In this document: piece by piece, positions 31,328 to 41,382 of the stretch
How the letters are laid out: every line of letters starts with the position of its first letter
Numbering within the stretch: position 1 is the first letter of the stretch
From: a virus
Direction: 5' to 3' (one strand)
Length of the DNA: 64,000 bases
Virus record (IMG/VR): IMGVR_UViG_3300050194_000017
Location: 25,722-89,721 of that record
The notes under the pieces: generated by a model
Seen by the model: only the letters and a program-made list of their open reading frames with translations
What the model was told of the DNA's origin: nothing
Database searches by the model: none
Translations under genes and position numbers: made by a program

Positions 31328-32601
31328 ATAAAACAAACGGAAATTATTTTGAATACGTTCTATCTGGGCCTTCATATACTCGTATCACGTATCAAGAATG
31401 CGTAGAAGATCCAGCATTGAATGAATGGATTCATCGAACACTGAACAAGATGAATACGGAAACAAATCACAAGTTTTCCTTTCTATACAATGCTTGGACC
31501 GAAAAAGAGTTTGGATCTACTCTTGCAGATTACAAGAAATCGACAAATTCACTTTATACAGACTCTGGCGGTCTTCAAATTGTTACACGAGGAATGACAG
31601 CAACTCCAGAAATCAAGAAGGAAGTTTATGTTGATCAAGCTAAGTTTTCTGACCTAGCGATGTCTTTTGATGAAATTCCTGTTTCTATTGCTGGTGAAAA
31701 ATCAACTAGACTAGATACTTCAAATCGTTGGTTTGACAAGACAAAGTTTGAAGAGTGCGCCAGACAAACAGGAAGAAACATCGATCAACAAATCGAACAT
31801 TTCTTAGAAAGCAAGTCCGATACAAAACCTGTAGCAATTGTGCAGGGTAATTGTTACGACACTTATATGAAATGGTGCGAATACATGATTTCAGAGATTG
31901 CTCCAAGCAGACGAGATTACATCGGCGGCATTGCTATGGGAGCAGCTTCTTTCGGACATGGATTCCTAGAAGACATCCAACGAGCGTACTACTTCACGCA
32001 ACTGCCATTCAAAACAACAGAAAGTCATTGTCACTTTCTTGCTGTTGGATCTATTGAACGAATTCTTCCTGCTGTGATCTTTGCTCAAACAGGAGTCTAT
32101 TCCGATACAAGAATTTCTTATGATTCGACATCACATGCTTCTGCAATGTTGTATGGTCGAATGTTCTTGCCATCTTCAAAGGGAAATTATGTAAATTTCA
32201 CTCGTGTATACGACAAGACAGTGTATACTATGATGTATGATGCAATCGACAAAGAATTTGATCTGGGATTTTCTGTCGATGATTTCCACTACTTCTTGAA
32301 TAATCCATCAGGCAAAGTCAAAGAAGCAAGAGGAGATCGAATCAATCAAATCAAGACATTCGTAGCTGGATCTATGATGTCCGTTATATGCTTCATGAGA
32401 GAATTGGATCGGTTAGTTCTTGCAGATCACGATCAAGTAATCAAGAAAATGGGTAAATCTGGAAAGGCAAACGTATTTTCTTCTTTGTATGAAATCAAGA
32501 CATTTGATGATTTCAAGCATTGGGATAAGCACTTCTCCAGATATATCCCAAGCGAACGTATTCCATCTTCTTTAGTTCATCCTAACATATTAGATCTATG
32601 A
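31324..32601 (+). CDS. TGT/DpdA-family deazaguanine transglycosylase (probably DNA-modifying)
   Basis: YTDSGGLQ (TGT DSGG.Q motif), MSFDEIP, AIVQG, HFLAVG, SYDSTSH; located in the folE/queDE cluster. Confidence 0.72.
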   Translation: MNKTNGNYFEYVLSGPSYTRITYQECVEDPALNEWIHRTLNKMNTETNHKFSFLYNAWTEKEFGSTLADYKKSTNSLYTDSGGLQIVTRGMTATPEIKKEVYVDQAKFSDLAMSFDEIPVSIAGEKSTRLDTSNRWFDKTKFEECARQTGRNIDQQIEHFLESKSDTKPVAIVQGNCYDTYMKWCEYMISEIAPSRRDYIGGIAMGAASFGHGFLEDIQRAYYFTQLPFKTTESHCHFLAVGSIERILPAVIFAQTGVYSDTRISYDSTSHASAMLYGRMFLPSSKGNYVNFTRVYDKTVYTMMYDAIDKEFDLGFSVDDFHYFLNNPSGKVKEARGDRINQIKTFVAGSMMSVICFMRELDRLVLADHDQVIKKMGKSGKANVFSSLYEIKTFDDFKHWDKHFSRYIPSERIPSSLVHPNILDL

Positions 32602-32981
32602 AAACAAAAAGCCAAATTAATAACAGAACACAATCATATATTCGAGTTCGAACAGAATTTGAAGGATTTCATTGCTATCCAGAAGCATCAAAGATTGATC
32701 CACGTATCAAGTTCCTTGAAGATGTGCATCGACATATTTTCAAAGTTGAAGTGAAGATTTCTGTAACACATGATGACAGGGAACTTGAATTCTTTTTGGT
32801 AAAATGGGATCTCAATGAATTCATCAAAGGTGGGGATATGAATAGGAAGTCGTGTGAAATGATGGCAACCGATATCTTGTATCATCTTCTGTTCAAGTAT
32901 GGTGATGATCGCTACTATGAAATTACAGTTTCTGAAGATGGCGAATCCGATGGTATTGTTGAATACATTCCAACTCTATGA
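32598..32981 (+). CDS. T-fold QueD-like protein, DpdL-type (putative CDG decarboxylase)
   Basis: FEGFHCYP...FLEDVHRHIF (LxxxHRHxF), RELEF, SCEMMA, VSEDGE. Confidence 0.6.
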   Translation: MKTKSQINNRTQSYIRVRTEFEGFHCYPEASKIDPRIKFLEDVHRHIFKVEVKISVTHDDRELEFFLVKWDLNEFIKGGDMNRKSCEMMATDILYHLLFKYGDDRYYEITVSEDGESDGIVEYIPTL

Positions 32982-34045
32982 AAAAACTTTACATTGTAGA
33001 CCTCGAATATATCGAGAGTCGATACACTGCTCAATGGAAGACAGAACTTCCGAAATATCTTCGAGATAAGTTGAAGACATATGAGGTTGTCGTCATCGAT
33101 GGAAATGATGTTCCTCAAATGACGACGCCAGGAGCATTCTTGAATTTTGGCGGAACAACAGTATACAAAGCTCAACAAATTGAAAAGATTGGGCGTATGT
33201 TTTGTTCTGATCAAATTCAAGAAGGCGATGAATTCTTGTTTACGGACTTCTGGCATCCTGGAATTATCTTCGTGAAGTACATGAGTACTCTTCTGAACAA
33301 AAAAGTCATTACACATGGTTTAATTCATGCTGGGAGCTATGATCCGCATGACTTCTTAGGCAGAGTAGAGCCAAATAAATGGCTCAGACAAACAGAGATG
33401 GCTATGTTTGAATCTTTTGATCATGTTTACTTTGCTACATTTTTTCATTACACTTTGTTCTGTGAGACATATGGTGAAGACATTTTTAGAATGAAATCTA
33501 AAGTTCGTTTTACAGGCTGGCCATTCGATTTCATGAAAGATAAGATCGAAAAAGACATCTATCATATTTCCGAAAAAAAGAACATTGTTGTTTTCCCTCA
33601 TAGACTTGCACCAGAAAAACAACACTGGACATTTCTTAGATTGAAAGAAGCACTTCCAGAATTTGAATTTGTTACATGTCAAGATAGGAATCTGACAAAG
33701 AAAGAATATCACGAACTGCTTGGATCAGCTAAAGTTGTTTGGTCTGCAGCATTACAAGAAACTCTTGGTATCTCTACTTGTATCGAAGGCCCATTGGCTG
33801 GCTGTATTCCTATTTGTCCGAATTCTCTGTCATATGCTGAGATTTTCAGAGGCAGACCGTTTGTTTACAATGCAGCATTTGTATCTTCTGAGCAATCATT
33901 TGAAGACAACATACCTTTCTTCAAAACATTGATACAATCATGCATGTACGACTATCCATTGTGGAAGAAATCTATTGATCTATATGTGGAAGAAAGACTT
34001 CATCTGTATTCTTCTTTTGATTCTTTTGTTGATTACCTAGAATAA
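32978..34045 (+). CDS. GT-B glycosyltransferase
   Basis: FTDFWHPG, HAGSYDP, FPHRLAPEK, QETLGIS...EG...GCIPICP. Confidence 0.78.
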   Translation: MKKLYIVDLEYIESRYTAQWKTELPKYLRDKLKTYEVVVIDGNDVPQMTTPGAFLNFGGTTVYKAQQIEKIGRMFCSDQIQEGDEFLFTDFWHPGIIFVKYMSTLLNKKVITHGLIHAGSYDPHDFLGRVEPNKWLRQTEMAMFESFDHVYFATFFHYTLFCETYGEDIFRMKSKVRFTGWPFDFMKDKIEKDIYHISEKKNIVVFPHRLAPEKQHWTFLRLKEALPEFEFVTCQDRNLTKKEYHELLGSAKVVWSAALQETLGISTCIEGPLAGCIPICPNSLSYAEIFRGRPFVYNAAFVSSEQSFEDNIPFFKTLIQSCMYDYPLWKKSIDLYVEERLHLYSSFDSFVDYLE

Positions 34046-34131
34046 CCATACATAGAAGTAGGTCATTTCTTGACTAGATGGTTCAACGATCCTACAATAA
34101 GAACTGTTGAAACTTACTAAGGATTTTGAAA

Positions 34132-34296
34132 ATGAACAATCTTATGATCTTCTTTGTGATCCAGAATTTCTTGCTGGGTTTTGTCTGGACACGAAGCAAC
34201 TGGTTCAATGTGTTCATCAAGTTCACTCTGTTTGCTACGGCGTCTGCCGGTGCTTTTCATGTTCTGCAATCTCTTGGTTATGTTGTGAAAGGCTAA
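34132..34296 (+). CDS. Small membrane protein (54 aa; not in ORF track)
   Basis: RBS AAGGA; MNNLMIFFVIQNFLLGFVW...; two hydrophobic segments. Confidence 0.6.
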   Translation: MNNLMIFFVIQNFLLGFVWTRSNWFNVFIKFTLFATASAGAFHVLQSLGYVVKG

Positions 34297-34297
34297 A

Positions 34298-34513
34298 ATG
34301 AAAGTTCCTGTCTATACAATTCGGATTGTCCATAAAAGTGGGTATGTTCACGAATTCGATGCTTACTATTTCAAGAAGACACCCGATGGGTTTTCTTGGG
34401 AAAGTGTTTCTTCAGGTAATCATCCAACGCATCTTGATGTTGATTCTATCGAAGCAATCTATCAAGTAGGTACGCGCATGGAAGAAAAGAATGAGGAAGA
34501 AGATGCAGAATGA
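34298..34513 (+). CDS. Hypothetical protein
   Basis: 71-aa ORF in the operon. Confidence 0.6.
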   Translation: MKVPVYTIRIVHKSGYVHEFDAYYFKKTPDGFSWESVSSGNHPTHLDVDSIEAIYQVGTRMEEKNEEEDAE

Positions 34514-34760
34514 AATCGATGTTGGTAGAATTTACTTCAATGAAAGTGGTCATCTTGTTCAGATCAAATCATATGATAAAATCTATGATTTTTACGACGG
34601 ATAAATGATCAAGTCTAAAGAAATTTTCTGGTTTCATCCAACAGGCGTTGCATGTGGGAATATCACTAATTCAGAATTTGATTTGGTACGAGAACATTCT
34701 TCTTTTCATGATCTTGTTGCTCAATGCATCCAGTTTGATTCTCTCTGGAAGCTGAACTAA
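34503..34760 (+). pseudogene. ORF interrupted by an in-frame TAA (codon 34), or two tiny in-frame ORFs
   Basis: IDVGRIYFNESGHLVQI...DG*MIK...FHPTG...DLVRE resembles the continuous domain of 37299-37679. Confidence 0.4.
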
Positions 34761-34826
34761 TTCTTCTTGACACCATCTATGAATGATGGTAAAATTTAAT
34801 CACTGAAACTTTATAAGGATAATTTT

Positions 34827-35444
34827 ATGACTATTTCTAATGAACTGATCAAGGCTGTTGCTCGGAACATCAACGAACAACCTGATCAAAATCCAAACGA
34901 TCGAGTGAAGTACATTCATATTCGGAAGGATGTTCTCTTGAATGATTTTGATGTTTCTTTGGATGGTAAGACTTTCAATGGTCGTGATCATATGAAAGCA
35001 AAGTTCTTTCCGATGCTTCGTGATTCGGATGGGAATGTAAAACTCAACACTGTCACATTCAACTTTGATGCTTTTACATTTGCATACAAGCAAAATGATA
35101 ATGGTGATTTGGACGTTGCTATTGTCTTCAAGTCTCCTAAAGATGAATACCGAAAGCGAATTGGTGCAGAACTTGCAAATACAGTCTTGCAAAGGTATCT
35201 GAACAGCAACAAGAAAGCATACGAAGTGCACTACACCGATGTATGTGGATATCATGCCTTTGTCTACACCATCGAGACTGCTGATATTGTCCGGAATAAC
35301 TTCATTCTTCCGGAGTCGTATACACGAAAGTTGAGTGTATCTGATCTGAAGAACTCGCTTGTCCTTGGTATCCTGAAGGACAATGCACATCAGCTTTTGA
35401 AAGGTATCAACATTGATAGTAAAGTCGAAACTTTTACCTTTTGA
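34827..35444 (+). CDS. Hypothetical protein
   Basis: Own promoter, RBS AAGGA; 205 aa. Confidence 0.75.
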   Translation: MTISNELIKAVARNINEQPDQNPNDRVKYIHIRKDVLLNDFDVSLDGKTFNGRDHMKAKFFPMLRDSDGNVKLNTVTFNFDAFTFAYKQNDNGDLDVAIVFKSPKDEYRKRIGAELANTVLQRYLNSNKKAYEVHYTDVCGYHAFVYTIETADIVRNNFILPESYTRKLSVSDLKNSLVLGILKDNAHQLLKGINIDSKVETFTF

Positions 35445-35665
35445 TCATGAAAAATAAAGGTCAAAAATTCTTGAAGTCTCTTCAAACAGGCAAGAAGATT
35501 TCACGTAAACAAGCAACTGCTCGTTGGAAAATGGGCAATCCATCTGCCTGGATCAAGATCTATCAAGAAAATGGAATCAAGATCAGCCGCCAATATAAGT
35601 CAAAGGTGACAAATGGTGTAAATACTCGAACAGTTTCGTACACATTAATTCAAGATCCTGCTTGA
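35441..35665 (+). CDS. Small winged-HTH-like basic protein
   Basis: FLKSLQTGKKISRKQATARW...NPSAWI..Y..NG.KI pattern. Confidence 0.6.
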   Translation: MIMKNKGQKFLKSLQTGKKISRKQATARWKMGNPSAWIKIYQENGIKISRQYKSKVTNGVNTRTVSYTLIQDPA

Positions 35666-35731
35666 CGAAACACAAATAAGAGGCTATCATTGGCCTCTTA
35701 TTCTTTTACAATCTAAACGAAAGGAAAAGAG

Positions 35732-36154
35732 ATGCGATTTTTTCGATATCTAATTCTTTGTGTTTTTGTTCTTTTTTCTGTAAGTTCGAATGCGCAAAAC
35801 CTAACAACCCAAGACAAAGAATGTCTTACGAAGGCTCTGTATCACGAAGCCCGTGGCGAACCTCATAAAGGAATCGTTGCTGTTGCATCTGTTATTCTTA
35901 ATAGAATCGAAGCAGATGGATATCCAGATAGCGTATGTGGTGTGATTGAACAGAAGGGTCAATTCACATATGACAAACGTAAGAAGATGACAGAAGAATC
36001 TTCTGTTGCTAAGATCAAATACGTCGTTGCTTCGATCGAAGATAATTTGATCCCGAAGTATCCATTCTTGTATTTTCATCGTGTAGATGTTCCGGGACCC
36101 TGTTCAAATAAGAAGAATCGGGTTGTCATTGGTAATCATTTTTTCTGTAGGTGA
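35732..36154 (+). CDS. SleB-like cell wall hydrolase (Hydrolase_2)
   Basis: Signal peptide; CLTKALYHEARGE, VILNR, VCGVIEQKGQF, IGNHFF. Confidence 0.88.
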   Translation: MRFFRYLILCVFVLFSVSSNAQNLTTQDKECLTKALYHEARGEPHKGIVAVASVILNRIEADGYPDSVCGVIEQKGQFTYDKRKKMTEESSVAKIKYVVASIEDNLIPKYPFLYFHRVDVPGPCSNKKNRVVIGNHFFCR

Positions 36155-36157
36155 TAG

Positions 36158-36760
36158 ATGAAACTTCCTATTCTCGTTGATTTGGATGGTGTTCTCTTTG
36201 ATTTTGTTGATGGATTTTATTCCATCGCAATGGAGAAATATCCAAATCTTTATGCGATTCTTCCTGACATTGTAACAACATTTTACATCGAAGAATCAAT
36301 CGATCAAACTTTGCTGACCAGAGAACTTCGTCGTCAAGCATATGCAATTGTCGATGATAAAGATCTATTTCGTCGATTGTCATTGATTGAAAATGCTGTA
36401 GCTGGGATCAACTATCTGAAAGAATTATCTGGAAGAGAAGTAAAGTTTGTCTCTGCACCACACTGTTCTAACTTCAATTCTTATAGTCAGAAAGCCGAAA
36501 GCATTCATGATAAGTTCGGGAGACAATGGGTTGATAATTTAATCTTGACACGAGATAAATCTTTGGTTTCAGGAATTGTTCTTATTGATGATAAGCCATT
36601 GCCAATGGGATCATATAAAGAAAATTGGGAACACATCGTATTCGATCGATCATATAACATGACTCAATCGGAAGTTAAAGGCAAATATCGTATGTTCGGA
36701 TGGAGCAATTCAGAAGTAGAACGTCTAGTGGAATATATCAATCAGAAAGGTGATAAATGA
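36158..36760 (+). CDS. 5'(3')-deoxyribonucleotidase (HAD family)
   Basis: LVDLDGVLFDF, LIDDKP, FDRSYN. Confidence 0.85.
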   Translation: MKLPILVDLDGVLFDFVDGFYSIAMEKYPNLYAILPDIVTTFYIEESIDQTLLTRELRRQAYAIVDDKDLFRRLSLIENAVAGINYLKELSGREVKFVSAPHCSNFNSYSQKAESIHDKFGRQWVDNLILTRDKSLVSGIVLIDDKPLPMGSYKENWEHIVFDRSYNMTQSEVKGKYRMFGWSNSEVERLVEYINQKGDK

Positions 36761-37257
36761 AATTGCTTATCGTCGGACATGGACGACATGGAAAAGATAC
36801 CGTATCAGCGTACTTGAAAGAAAAGTATACTCTTGATTTTTTATCAAGTTCAGAATTTTGTGCAGAGAATGTAATCTTTCCGGTACTATCCGAAAAGTAC
36901 AGCTATAAAACTGTTCAAGAATGTTTCGATGATCGTCATAATCATCGAACAGAATGGTATAATTTGATTCATGCTTACAATGAAATCGATCATGCAAGAC
37001 TTGGACGTGAGATTTTTTCCAAATACGATATCTACTGTGGACTTCGGAACGCCAAAGAAATGATTGCAATGAAAGATCAACATGTTTATGATCATGCAAT
37101 CTGGGTTGATCGATCGGAACATCTCCCTTCAGAAGATATTTCGTCTATGACGATTTCTAAAGATATGTGTGATATCGTCATTGATAACAATGGAACATTG
37201 GATGAATTGTATGAAAAAATCGATGACATGATGAAGATCTTCTTGACTTCTGACTAG
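36757..37257 (+). CDS. dNMP kinase-like P-loop protein
   Basis: IVGHGRHGKDTV...IVIDNNGTLDEL; ends in TAG. Confidence 0.75.
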   Translation: MKLLIVGHGRHGKDTVSAYLKEKYTLDFLSSSEFCAENVIFPVLSEKYSYKTVQECFDDRHNHRTEWYNLIHAYNEIDHARLGREIFSKYDIYCGLRNAKEMIAMKDQHVYDHAIWVDRSEHLPSEDISSMTISKDMCDIVIDNNGTLDELYEKIDDMMKIFLTSD

Positions 37258-37298
37258 GAAGATGATACAATAGAAACACATTGAACATGGAGATTGTT

Positions 37299-37679
37299 AT
37301 GGCAAAGAATTTTGAAACTCTTGAAGTTGGCAAGTCTTACAAAAATGGTGCTGGCCTGATCGTTAAAATTATTAAATTCGAAATTGAATACAACGGCGAT
37401 GAATGGCCTTATTGTGGCGATGATTTATCATTCTATAGAAAAGATGGTTTTTATGACAATGAAAACCCATCATCAAGAGATCTTGTCGAACTGATTGAAG
37501 ATAATCTAGTCTCGAACGAAACATTGTTCTTGATTGAGCAAAACAATACACTTGTCTTGGTGAAAGATCTTCCGATTGGAAAGTCTATTAAGGTTTTTCA
37601 AGTAAATGCAACTCCTCGAGATCTTGATACTGCTTTCAATGTTTATCAAGCTATAAACTTCACTTGGATCACGCGATGA
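37299..37679 (+). CDS. Hypothetical protein
   Basis: RBS GGAG; LEVGKSYKN...DLVEL small beta domain. Confidence 0.7.
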   Translation: MAKNFETLEVGKSYKNGAGLIVKIIKFEIEYNGDEWPYCGDDLSFYRKDGFYDNENPSSRDLVELIEDNLVSNETLFLIEQNNTLVLVKDLPIGKSIKVFQVNATPRDLDTAFNVYQAINFTWITR

Positions 37680-38950
37680 TCAAAATCGAATCAACAAATC
37701 CAAAGTTTTCTTGGATTCTCAGGAAAAATCCTGAGACACAACGAACAAAGAATGAGCCATTCTCAAAAGCATTGCGTAAAGGAATGTCGTATGGATGGTT
37801 CACAACGGATCAACAATTCAATCTTTTGTTCATCGATTCGAAGACAGAGACATCCTTCAATACGATTGGCGACTTCGAATATCTCGATCGGACACGCTAC
37901 TGTTCGCCATATCTTCCGATTGCATTGATTGCTAATCTTTTGGCATCTGCACAAAAAGAAGATGTTCCGGAAGATACAGCTGACTTTCAAACGACTATCG
38001 AGTTCATTTCAGAATTTTCTGATCCAAAACTTGCACATCGAGTCATCAAAACAGTAACAGATGCAAAGATTGAGCTTGTGCAGATGCAACACCATCTATA
38101 CAATGTGAAAATCAGTGCAACCGGAGTTCGAAAAGCTCTGAATTGGACTATTGCTTTCTTGATCACACAAGCTGTCTTGGATCCGATGATTTACATTCCC
38201 ATGGATGATGAATCTGTGAAGAAGTACATCAATGCACTGAATATCGTTGACGCGCCGTATTACATGCGTTACATCACAGCAAACAAATGCATTAAATCTC
38301 CTGTTGTTTTTGACACGGTGAAGAATTCTCTGGAAAACGAAAAGTTCCAGATGAACTTTGGAGATTCACAGAATCATCGTTGGCTTGCTATTGAGAAGCA
38401 TTTGAATGGTGGCGCTGCTCTTTTTGATATTGGTTGCGGTGAGTTGTATTATACTCGTCGTCTATACAATCGATATGAGAAGTTCTTTGCTTTTGATGCA
38501 GATGAAAAGATCCAAGATCGAAATAAACATCTAGTAAATCTACGTTGTCAAGATAAGATTGATCTACTGGGGAAATTTGATTCGACGTATGCAGATGGAA
38601 GTATCACAGATAAAGATGATGTTCTATTGACAGAAGTGTTGGAACACATGCCCAAGGAAACTGCTGTGGAACTACTGGATCAGGTTCTACGTGGTGATTT
38701 CCGTCGAGTTGTTGTCACTGTACCTAATGTTGATTTTAATCGATTTTACGGCCTCTACGGCGATGATAAACGACATCCAGATCATCATTACGAACCGACT
38801 CAAACAGAATTCGAAACTTGGATGAAAAATGCAGCATCAAAAGTTGGATGTGGTGTTGAATTCTTCAATGTTGGAGATGGAGTAATTGTAAATGGACAAT
38901 CGATCTATGCTTCACTTGGAGCAACTTTTAAAAAGGAAAAGAATGAGTAA
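37676..38950 (+). CDS. hen1: Bacterial-type Hen1 RNA 2'-O-methyltransferase
   Basis: N-terminal ...SWILRKNP; C-terminal DIGCGE, TEVLEHM, VTVPN..FN, RHPDHHYE..QTEF..W. Confidence 0.78.
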   Translation: MIKIESTNPKFSWILRKNPETQRTKNEPFSKALRKGMSYGWFTTDQQFNLLFIDSKTETSFNTIGDFEYLDRTRYCSPYLPIALIANLLASAQKEDVPEDTADFQTTIEFISEFSDPKLAHRVIKTVTDAKIELVQMQHHLYNVKISATGVRKALNWTIAFLITQAVLDPMIYIPMDDESVKKYINALNIVDAPYYMRYITANKCIKSPVVFDTVKNSLENEKFQMNFGDSQNHRWLAIEKHLNGGAALFDIGCGELYYTRRLYNRYEKFFAFDADEKIQDRNKHLVNLRCQDKIDLLGKFDSTYADGSITDKDDVLLTEVLEHMPKETAVELLDQVLRGDFRRVVVTVPNVDFNRFYGLYGDDKRHPDHHYEPTQTEFETWMKNAASKVGCGVEFFNVGDGVIVNGQSIYASLGATFKKEKNE

Positions 38951-39953
38951 TTTCACTTTGGCTAACAATGTGATGCTCGAGATCCAAGATATCTCAGAGT
39001 TGCGTTTTGTTAATTTCATCAATGATCTAGCAAAGAAGAATCTTTCGACGCTAATGCGAAAGTTTAACTTCATGAAGAATACTGATTTTTCATTCCATCG
39101 TTTTGCAACACTTCATGGATTCGTTGTGATTGAAGGCGAGGATCGTTATTCTTCTGATACGAACTATGTGATGATCAATGAGAATGAGAACGTTGCTATC
39201 AAAGTGGAAACAAAGTCTGCATTTCTTCCATTCAAGTTCTATGGAGAAAGCTCGAAGGTGAATCATTACATTTCTTTCTTCAAGGAACATTTCACAGAAA
39301 CAGGACCGATGATTCGCTGGGTATATGATGAACATGGAAGTTATACAAACGTTCCTCTTGTTTCTCGTGGTCTTGTGAAATCTGCATATCCATTCATCGA
39401 AGGAAATGTATCAGATTACATTGATGACTATATCAATTCGGATGCCTCGATCATTGTTTTTATTGGGCCACCTGGAACAGGAAAGACATCTTTGATCAAA
39501 GAAATCATTTCTAGATCAACTCGTCCTGCTCATGTTTCATATGACATGAAGGTCATGAATGGCGAATCTCTTTTTACAGAATTTATGACATCTGATTCGA
39601 TGTTCTTGGTTATGGAAGATGCAGACGCTTTCCTTGCTTCGCGCAAAGAAGGTAACACTATGATGCATCGATTTTTGAATGTTGGTGACGGTTTGATTTC
39701 AACGAAAGGTAAGAAGATCATCTTTTCGACGAATCTTCCGAACATCGAAGAAATTGATCCTGCTTTGCTTCGTCCTGGGCGTTGTTTTGATGTAATGAGT
39801 TCCAGAGAACTGACTCGTTCAGAAGCAGAAGCAGTACGTGAAGAATTGAAGATTCCTTTTGAACTCGAAGATAAAGAATCGTTCTCTCTTGCAGAAATCA
39901 CGAACAAGATGCGCACACATAAACAAAAAACAAGAACAGTAGGATTTTATTGA
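38943..39953 (+). CDS. AAA+ ATPase
   Basis: GPPGTGKT, LVMEDAD, FSTN, DPALLRPGRCFD. Confidence 0.88.
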   Translation: MSNFTLANNVMLEIQDISELRFVNFINDLAKKNLSTLMRKFNFMKNTDFSFHRFATLHGFVVIEGEDRYSSDTNYVMINENENVAIKVETKSAFLPFKFYGESSKVNHYISFFKEHFTETGPMIRWVYDEHGSYTNVPLVSRGLVKSAYPFIEGNVSDYIDDYINSDASIIVFIGPPGTGKTSLIKEIISRSTRPAHVSYDMKVMNGESLFTEFMTSDSMFLVMEDADAFLASRKEGNTMMHRFLNVGDGLISTKGKKIIFSTNLPNIEEIDPALLRPGRCFDVMSSRELTRSEAEAVREELKIPFELEDKESFSLAEITNKMRTHKQKTRTVGFY

Positions 39954-40297
39954 TGGAAAAGATTTTACAACTAGATGTTCCAACTAAAAATGGAACCACA
40001 TATACAACTGAATGTATCTCAGCAATGTTGAAAACCATTAAACCTGAAATATTCGGTCAAATTGGAATGGCTACATTCGTAGATTTAGAGAAAGTGTCGC
40101 ATGTTTGCACAAATTTCAAAATTGAAGACGGATGGCTACAATGTGATATCAAAGTTCTAGATACGCCATGCGGTAAGATTTTGAAAGATATGAATGGTGG
40201 CAATTTTGCTGCTTCTGGAATAGGAAATATTGATACAGATAAAATTGTCTCAAACTACGAGTTGACAGGCGTGCATTATGTCATGAATAGATCATGA
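39950..40297 (+). CDS. Short prohead-protease (gp21/S77)-like protein
   Basis: KNGTTY, LEKVSHV, KVLDTPCGKILK, ASGIG resemble the gp21 fold; the catalytic His context is missing. Confidence 0.45.
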   Translation: MMEKILQLDVPTKNGTTYTTECISAMLKTIKPEIFGQIGMATFVDLEKVSHVCTNFKIEDGWLQCDIKVLDTPCGKILKDMNGGNFAASGIGNIDTDKIVSNYELTGVHYVMNRS

Positions 40298-40716
40298 CTC
40301 ATTGGGATAAACGATATCTTGATCTAGCAAAGCATATCTCGACATGGAGCAAAGATCCAAGCACGAAAGTCGGAGCTGTGATAACAAAGAACAACAAAGA
40401 GATTGCTCTGGGGTTCAATGGAATTCCATCTGGTCTTGATGATGGGAAATATCTAGGATCCAGAGATATCAAAATCGCTTGCGTTCTTCACGCAGAGATC
40501 AATGCAATCTTCAGTACATCTCAAGATCTGGAAGGAGCAACGATGTATACTTCATCTGCGCCTTGTTCAAATTGTGCTGCTGCTATTGTTCAGAAAAAGT
40601 TTGCTCGTGTTGTCATGCCACCTGTTGATTTTGAACTTGCAAAGAGATGGAACTATCATCTGTCAAAGCAGATGTTTGATGAAGTTGGAATTGAAGTAGT
40701 TGAGATCGAGGATTGA
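40294..40716 (+). CDS. cd: dCMP deaminase
   Basis: SKDPSTKVGAVI, GFNG, HAEINA, PCSNC. Confidence 0.92.
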   Translation: MTHWDKRYLDLAKHISTWSKDPSTKVGAVITKNNKEIALGFNGIPSGLDDGKYLGSRDIKIACVLHAEINAIFSTSQDLEGATMYTSSAPCSNCAAAIVQKKFARVVMPPVDFELAKRWNYHLSKQMFDEVGIEVVEIED

Positions 40717-40947
40717 ATGTCAAATTATCGTAAAATTGTTCGTCAGCAAATTTCACACCAGACATCATCTGGAATAAATGTAGCTTTCTATCCAAAGACA
40801 AATATTATCGAGATTGATGGCTTCTACGATTCATGTGTTCATATCGAAGGTAACGTCTTTCGGCTAAGAGAATTCTTTGATTTGATGAACATAACTATGG
40901 AAGACTGTGAAGAAGCATTCGGTAAGAAATCTTCAAAAGTTCTATGA
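40717..40947 (+). CDS. Hypothetical protein
   Basis: 76-aa ORF adjacent to cd. Confidence 0.6.
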   Translation: MSNYRKIVRQQISHQTSSGINVAFYPKTNIIEIDGFYDSCVHIEGNVFRLREFFDLMNITMEDCEEAFGKKSSKVL

Positions 40948-41014
40948 AATCTGCTTGACTCGTTGGTTGGATCATCATACAATAGAGACATGTTGAAACA
41001 AACGAAAGAACATT

Positions 41015-41206
41015 ATGATTCACGATCTGACTACTAAAACTATCCAGATGACTCAACAAGAAGCAATTGATATGATTACTCTTCTTTCTTTGGCTCTGAC
41101 GGATTCTAATTCATTGGATCGTGGAGTCTTTGCTAAAAACGTTGTTGCAGAATCCACTGACAAGCAATTTGCATCGAAGATTATTTTTGTTGTTAATAAG
41201 GAATAA
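41015..41206 (+). CDS. Hypothetical protein
   Basis: Own promoter (TTGACT/TACAAT). Confidence 0.6.
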   Translation: MIHDLTTKTIQMTQQEAIDMITLLSLALTDSNSLDRGVFAKNVVAESTDKQFASKIIFVVNKE

Positions 41207-41208
41207 TC

Positions 41209-41382
41209 ATGGAAAATCCATTCTTTATCAAAAGAAATTCAGATGATATGATCACTGTCTTCCTTGGAAATCCAGATGAAATTGGTGCAGAAGCAGAACA
41301 TATCATGACTATTAACAATTTCTGGTTGAAGATGTTCCAAGAAAAGTTACAAGATCATATCAAGGAGACTAATCATGTGTGA
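41209..41382 (+). CDS. Small hypothetical protein (not in ORF track)
   Basis: RBS AAGGA; 57 aa. Confidence 0.55.
   Translation: MENPFFIKRNSDDMITVFLGNPDEIGAEAEHIMTINNFWLKMFQEKLQDHIKETNHV

Noticed and set aside
34107-34301. ORF-track 64-aa ORF
   Set aside because: An overlapping frame (34132-34296) has a proper RBS, an ATG start and a coherent membrane-protein sequence.
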